This document shows positions 8,355 to 13,341 of a DNA stretch of 13,341 nucleotides, piece after piece. A model generated the notes under the pieces. It was not told where the DNA came from. It did not search any database and worked only from the letters and a program-made list of their open reading frames with translations. Source of the DNA: Octopus sinensis (lineage: Eukaryota); assembly GCF_006345805.1 (NCBI RefSeq), contig NW_021826750.1, positions 1 through 13,341 on the forward strand, read 5' to 3'. Positions within the stretch are counted from its first letter, which is position 1; every line of letters starts with the position of its first letter. Position numbers and translations under genes: made by a program.

Positions 8355-8357
<3 letters not shown>
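8236..8357 (+). mobile_element. 5'-truncated retroposon (SINE/LINE) 3' end inside a (TA)n tract
   Basis: GC-richer block flanked by (TA)n on both sides. Has a terminal stem-loop (GACCAG/CTGGTC, GATGT/ACATC) and a short GTGAT(C/A) repeated tail. It resembles an Octopus repeat 3' end I recall (memory only). Confidence 0.6.
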
Positions 8358-8395
<38 letters not shown>

Positions 8396-8520
8396 GATAA
8401 TTCTTACTTTGTATGCTTTCTGAATATGTGAAACACAGACAGAGATGTACACACACAATACACTCTCCGAAACATGCATTCCGATGGGCACGCGTATGCG
8501 CAAACACTGACATACACTCA

Positions 8521-8679
8521 CGCTTCTTTCAGTTTCCGTTTACCAATCGACTCACGAAGCTTTGGTCGGCCCGAATCTATAGTAGAAGATACTTGCCCAA
8601 CGTGCCAAGTAGTGGGACTGAACCCGGAGCCATGTGGTTGGTAAGTAAGCTACTTACACCACACAGCCACTTCTGCGCC
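8521..8679 (-). mobile_element. tRNA-derived SINE, family B, 5' half only
   Basis: Reverse complement GGCGCAGAAGTGGCTGTGTGGTGTAAGTAGCTTACTTACCAACCACATGGCTCCGGGTTCAGTCCCACTAC...GGAAACTGAAAGAAGCG aligns to 12825-12980. It is followed by decayed TG-rich sequence and the 3' module is not seen. Confidence 0.87.
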
Positions 8680-8936
8680 TATACACACACACATATAAGC
8701 CTATATATATTTATATATTTATACGTATATATTATATATAGGCATATATATAACCACATGGTTACGAAGAGAGTTTCTATACTACAAGAGCATGTCTGAG
8801 TTATGTATACGCATTCATAACTCAACCATATAGATCTATATATGTAATAGCATCCATACTTGTACACAGCATGGGTACATATTTGCGTCTACACGTACGT
8901 GCTAATATGAATAAATGCGTAGATGCATACGATATA

Positions 8937-8974
<38 letters not shown>

Positions 8975-9472
8975 GCATACAGTTATGCATTGAAGCGTAC
9001 ATATTACGAACGTAGTGTCTACATTCTCCATTGCTGCTGTCTAAATTCCAATGAAAGATCTCTACTTTTGGATTAGAAACCAACTCTTTATGCAGTGACG
9101 AGAAAAGTAAAACGGAGAAAAGTAAAACTGGAACATTCATACGTATGTGACTATATGAGAGACACTGGTATATCTGTGTGCGTGGGTGTGTGCGTGTGCA
9201 TGGGTGTGTGAATGTGTGTGTGTGTGTGGAGGAGAGGGGAGACAATTCTCCACTCGGGCCACATATGTACATATAAACCACCCACTCTCTTTTCTTTTAT
9301 CCTTTCTAATTATTTCTTCTCCTCTCACTACTTCTCTCTCAATTACTACAAGTTCATTCGTCTCTTTTAAGATTGATTCCTCTTTTTCATCCATCCATCT
9401 CTTTATCAATCTATCTGTCTGGCGATATGTCTCTCCATCTGTCTGTCTGTCTATCTATCCGTCTAGTTCTCT

Positions 9473-9740
<268 letters not shown>

Positions 9741-10417
9741 TGTCTATCTGCCTATAACAATATCTATCGTTGCTTCTACCCAAAAGTATTTTAAGTCCCA
9801 AACGTTGCTTTTTCAGAAAATGAAAAAATAATTTCACCATTCCATAGTAAAACCGTTGTACTACACTTTGGCAATTTTTGTTATCTTGGCATCTGAAGCA
9901 GCTGGAGATACGATAGTTTGACCAAAAGAACCGGCTATCACAAGCAGAAATAAATATTGATAAAAACGCATTTGGCCAAATTTGGACATCCAACAATTTA
10001 ACATAATAGCAACGCCATGTATTTATCCATCCGTTATTCTCTCTTTCCCTCTCTCTCATGTGTGTCTGTATATATGCACACATATGTACATCCATATATA
10101 TGTGTGTGTGTATCTATATATACATATATATGTTTATAATCGCAAGCACACATAAACATACACGTGCACTGCCACACGCACAGACATATACCACAAGCAC
10201 AGGCACACAGACGAGTTACCATCTCTTCTTATACTTGCTGTCTATCTCTTTTTTTCTCTCTTCTCAAACTTCATTACAAATGTATATATATTTTACTCTC
10301 TACTTTTCTCCCTCTTTTTTCCCACTCTCTCTACTTCTCTCTCTCTCTCTTGTCCATTCCCCATTCCTCTTTAAACCATTCCTTTGTTTTAAAAGTGTTA
10401 TATCTTTCTTTCGACAG

Positions 10418-10583
10418 AACCAATCTTCATACCACCAACGTCGCCACCATCACCACCATCACCACTGCTACCTCCAACAACAACAACAACAACAACAACA
10501 ACACTATATCGAAATAGAACTTACTACACTGGGATTACTCAACGAAGAATAAATTCAACTTGAAGATGTCGTGCATGGAATAG
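10418..10583 (+). other. Candidate non-coding or terminating exon (unverified)
   Basis: Acceptor TATCTTTCTTTCGACAG (AG at 10416-10417) after a long pyrimidine-rich stretch, and a perfect donor ATAG|GTAAGT at 10584. 166 nt with stops in all three frames. Contains (CAC)n/(CAA)n at ~10443-10503. Confidence 0.3.
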
Positions 10584-10863
10584 GTAAGTATGCATTCGTC
10601 AGCTAAAGTCAGCAATTTGCAGGAATTTATGCAAAGGTCTTTAAGTGTTAATATCTCTGTAGCAAGCTACACATTGTGAATAATAAGAGATCTTACTGTT
10701 TATCGACTTGGCTATCTAATTTTACAATAAATATTAAAAACACCGTTCCGATATTCTTCTGTGTAATGCAGAGAGAAATTGAGTTTATCCAGGTCGAAAA
10801 GATGGAAGGAAAACGAGGAAAGAAAAATACAAATTAAAAGGGAAAAAGAAGCGTTTAAAATAC

Positions 10864-11028
10864 GAAGAAGAAGAAGAAGAAGAAGAAGAAGAAGAAGAAG
10901 AAGAAGAAGAAGAAGAAGAAGAAGAAGAAGATGATGATGATAATGATGATGATGATGATGAACAACAATAACCACCAGATGTAGGAAGAGGAGAAGGAAA
11001 AGAAGAAAGAGAAGTAAGAAGAAGAAGA

Positions 11029-11102
<74 letters not shown>

Positions 11103-11120
11103 GCGGTGGAGGAGGAGGAG
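10864..11120. repeat. Serial triplet microsatellites (GAA)n, (GAT)n, (GTA)n, (GGA)n
   Basis: Direct reading. Confidence 0.96.
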
Positions 11121-11272
11121 AGGAAAAACAAGAGTAAGAGCAAGAAGAAGAAATAGATGAAAGAAAGGAACAAAGGAAGGAAGAGAGGAAGATGTGTGTT
11201 TTATTTTTTTTTTGAATAGCAAAAAGACGAGATTGAGGTACAAAAATAGAGAAGACGGACGTGTAAAGGCTA

Positions 11273-11356
11273 GGAAGAAAGAGAGAAAGAAAGAAAGAAA
11301 GAGAGAGAGAAGAAAGAAAAAAAGAAGGAAAGAAAGAAAGAAAGAAAGAAAGAAGG

Positions 11357-11389
<33 letters not shown>

Positions 11390-11510
11390 AAGAAAGAAAG
11401 AAAGAAGGAAAGAAAGAAAGAAAGAAAGAAAGAAAGAAGGAAAGAAAGAAAGAAAGAGAGAAAGGAAGAAAGAAAGAAAGAAAAAAGAAAAAAGGAAAGA
11501 AAAGTTAAGA
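11273..11510. repeat. (GAAA)n polypurine tract
   Basis: Direct reading. About 240 bp essentially free of pyrimidines on the + strand. Confidence 0.96.
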
Positions 11511-11628
11511 AAAAGTAAAACAGAAATATGAAGTAAATATGAAATAAAACTAAAAGAACAAACAAGCAAAAAGCGAATGAAATCATGGAGATGAAAGAGT
11601 TAGTGAATAACACGTATGTCATTTATAT

Positions 11629-11714
11629 CGATGATGTTGTTGATGATGATGATGATGATGATAATGGTGGTGGTCGTCGTCGTGACGATGATGATCATCG
11701 TTTCTTTATTTGCC

Positions 11715-11748
<34 letters not shown>

Positions 11749-11770
11749 AATAATAATAATAATATAATAA
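11629..11770. repeat. (GAT)n/(GGT)(CGT) and (CAA)n(TAA)n triplet repeats
   Basis: Direct reading. Confidence 0.92.
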
Positions 11771-12512
11771 TACAAACAGCAACTAATGCAAAAATAGTTA
11801 TGAAAAAAAGCTTTGAAAATGGCGGTTATGTTGTCTTGAAGAAAAATATATTTAACAAGTCATACTGGTTTTGCGTGTGTGTGTGTATGTGTGCGTGTGA
11901 GCGTGTGTATGCGCGTATAAATATATGTATATACATAGATACATAGATACACATATATAATAGGCATATCTATGAATGCCATCATTTAACGTATGTAGGT
12001 GCGCCGGTGCGTGTTAAACTATTACCATGTAATCGGGTGTTTGCTTGGTGTAAACCTCCTTCACGTTTCTTTATAGCTAATTTCCTTTCGTTTATCTACT
12101 GATATAACTTTAGAATTGATATACATACTTATCCATACAAATGTATTTTCTGTAACTTGTGTTCGTCGTTGGACAGCTGCCGGGTGGGGGGAAAGACGCG
12201 AAGCTGTTCAATCAATTATATCGATTCCAATGCATAGTTTAGTACTTGTTTATTTATCTCTACATATTAGATGGCTTTGTTTTTTGTTTTAGCTTTTGTT
12301 TCTGACTGTTCTCTTTTGAGAGTGACCTTCCCACCTTAGGGTGTCAATAACACAAGGAATTTTGCAGCGATTAACAACGATAACGACAAAAACACATACA
12401 TACATATATGCATACATACATACAACAACGTACATATATAAAGCTCTTGTACCCTGACTATAAATTCTCGTTTGTACCTATCATCATAGGTTCATTAGGC
12501 TATATTCCTGCA

Positions 12513-12517
<5 letters not shown>

Positions 12518-12550
<33 letters not shown>
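12518..12550. repeat. (AC)n microsatellite
   Basis: Direct reading. Confidence 0.95.
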
Positions 12551-12553
<3 letters not shown>

Positions 12554-12824
12554 CTTAGGATACTAGGTTTGTCAAAGAAAGGGCAAAAGAAACTGATTTG
12601 AATTCTTTAAGTTCAATCTATTAGGGGCACACTGAAGGTTTGTGAGGCATTCCAAAGATTCTCCATTTGAAATTCATTAGGTTAATAAATGCAACTACAC
12701 ACCATCTCAAACACATTTTTACAAACACCGGGAACTCTTTTCACTCAAAAGGTCTTCTCGCTTTATTAACGACCGGCTTGAACTCCCTTAAGAAGAACCT
12801 AAATAAAACTCAGAGGAAAACATA

Positions 12825-12999
12825 CGCAGGAGTGGCTGTGTGGTAAGTAGCTTGCTTACCAACCATATGGTTCCGGGTTCAGTCCCTCAGCGTGGCACCT
12901 TGGGCAAGTGTTTTCTACTATAGCCTCGGGCCGACCGAAGCCTTGTGAGTGGATTTGGTAGACAGAAACTGAAAGAAGCCCGTCGTATATATGCATATG

Positions 13000-13063
<64 letters not shown>

Positions 13064-13293
13064 CGTGTACGTGTGTTTGTATGTCTGTGTTTGTCCCCAC
13101 AACATCGCTTGACAACCGATGTTGGTGTGTTTACGTACCCGTAACTTAGCGGTTCGGCAAAAAGAGACCGATAGAATAAGTACTAGGCTTACAAAGATTA
13201 AGTCCTGGGGTCGATTTGGTCGACTAAAGGCGGTGCTCCAGCATGGCCGCAGTCAAATGACTGAAGCAAGTAAAAGAGAAAAAAGAAAGAGAG
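12825..13293 (+). mobile_element. tRNA-derived SINE, family B, full length with internal (TA)n(TG)n microsatellite
   Basis: A-box-like TGGCTGTGTGG at 12833-12843 and B-box-like GGTTCAGTCCC at 12876-12886. Contains CCTTGGGCAAG (CORE-like) and an internal microsatellite at ~12986-13080. The 3' module carries GGGGTCGATTTGGTCGAC and ends in an A-rich (AAAGAG) tail. Confidence 0.9.
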
Positions 13294-13341
13294 ATCTAAG
13301 CATCAACGTAAGGAACATTAGTGAAAATTTGCCCTCACAAC

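Noticed and set aside
9100-9128. 15-bp direct repeat GAGAAAAGTAAAAC(G)
   Set aside because: A two-copy micro-duplication with nothing between the copies. It cannot be distinguished from slippage.
12551-12820. Unique-looking segment as a possible decayed LINE or transposase fragment
   Set aside because: Manual translation gave interrupted frames with no recognisable RT or DDE motif.

Overview
AT-rich eukaryotic non-coding DNA saturated with microsatellites and tRNA-derived SINEs. The SINE families look like those I recognise from Octopus genomes; this attribution is from memory, not a search. No protein-coding gene, rRNA, true tRNA or CRISPR array can be supported. Almost all ORFs in the supplied track are translated microsatellites, and the few others match nothing I recognise. 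Supported content: (i) seven SINE copies or fragments from three families (A: 1-98, 313-525, 2372-2588; B: 8521-8679, 12825-13293; C: 1990-2326, 3707-4036), plus a 24-bp family-B head stub and a 3' retroposon fragment; (ii) a decayed ~194-bp MITE-like inverted repeat (1777-1970); (iii) a short telomere-type (CCCTAA)n tract fused to a truncated SINE; (iv) a diverged ~120-bp tandem repeat (4916-5211); (v) a near-identical ~1.29-kb tandem duplication (5655-8234) bounded by (TA)n tracts, each copy carrying a degenerate hammerhead-ribozyme-like core; (vi) two speculative plus-strand exons defined only by splice signals. I see no convincing evidence for a complete novel system. The best leads are the hammerhead-like motif, the modular SINE architecture, the telomere-SINE junction and the candidate 18-nt microexon.
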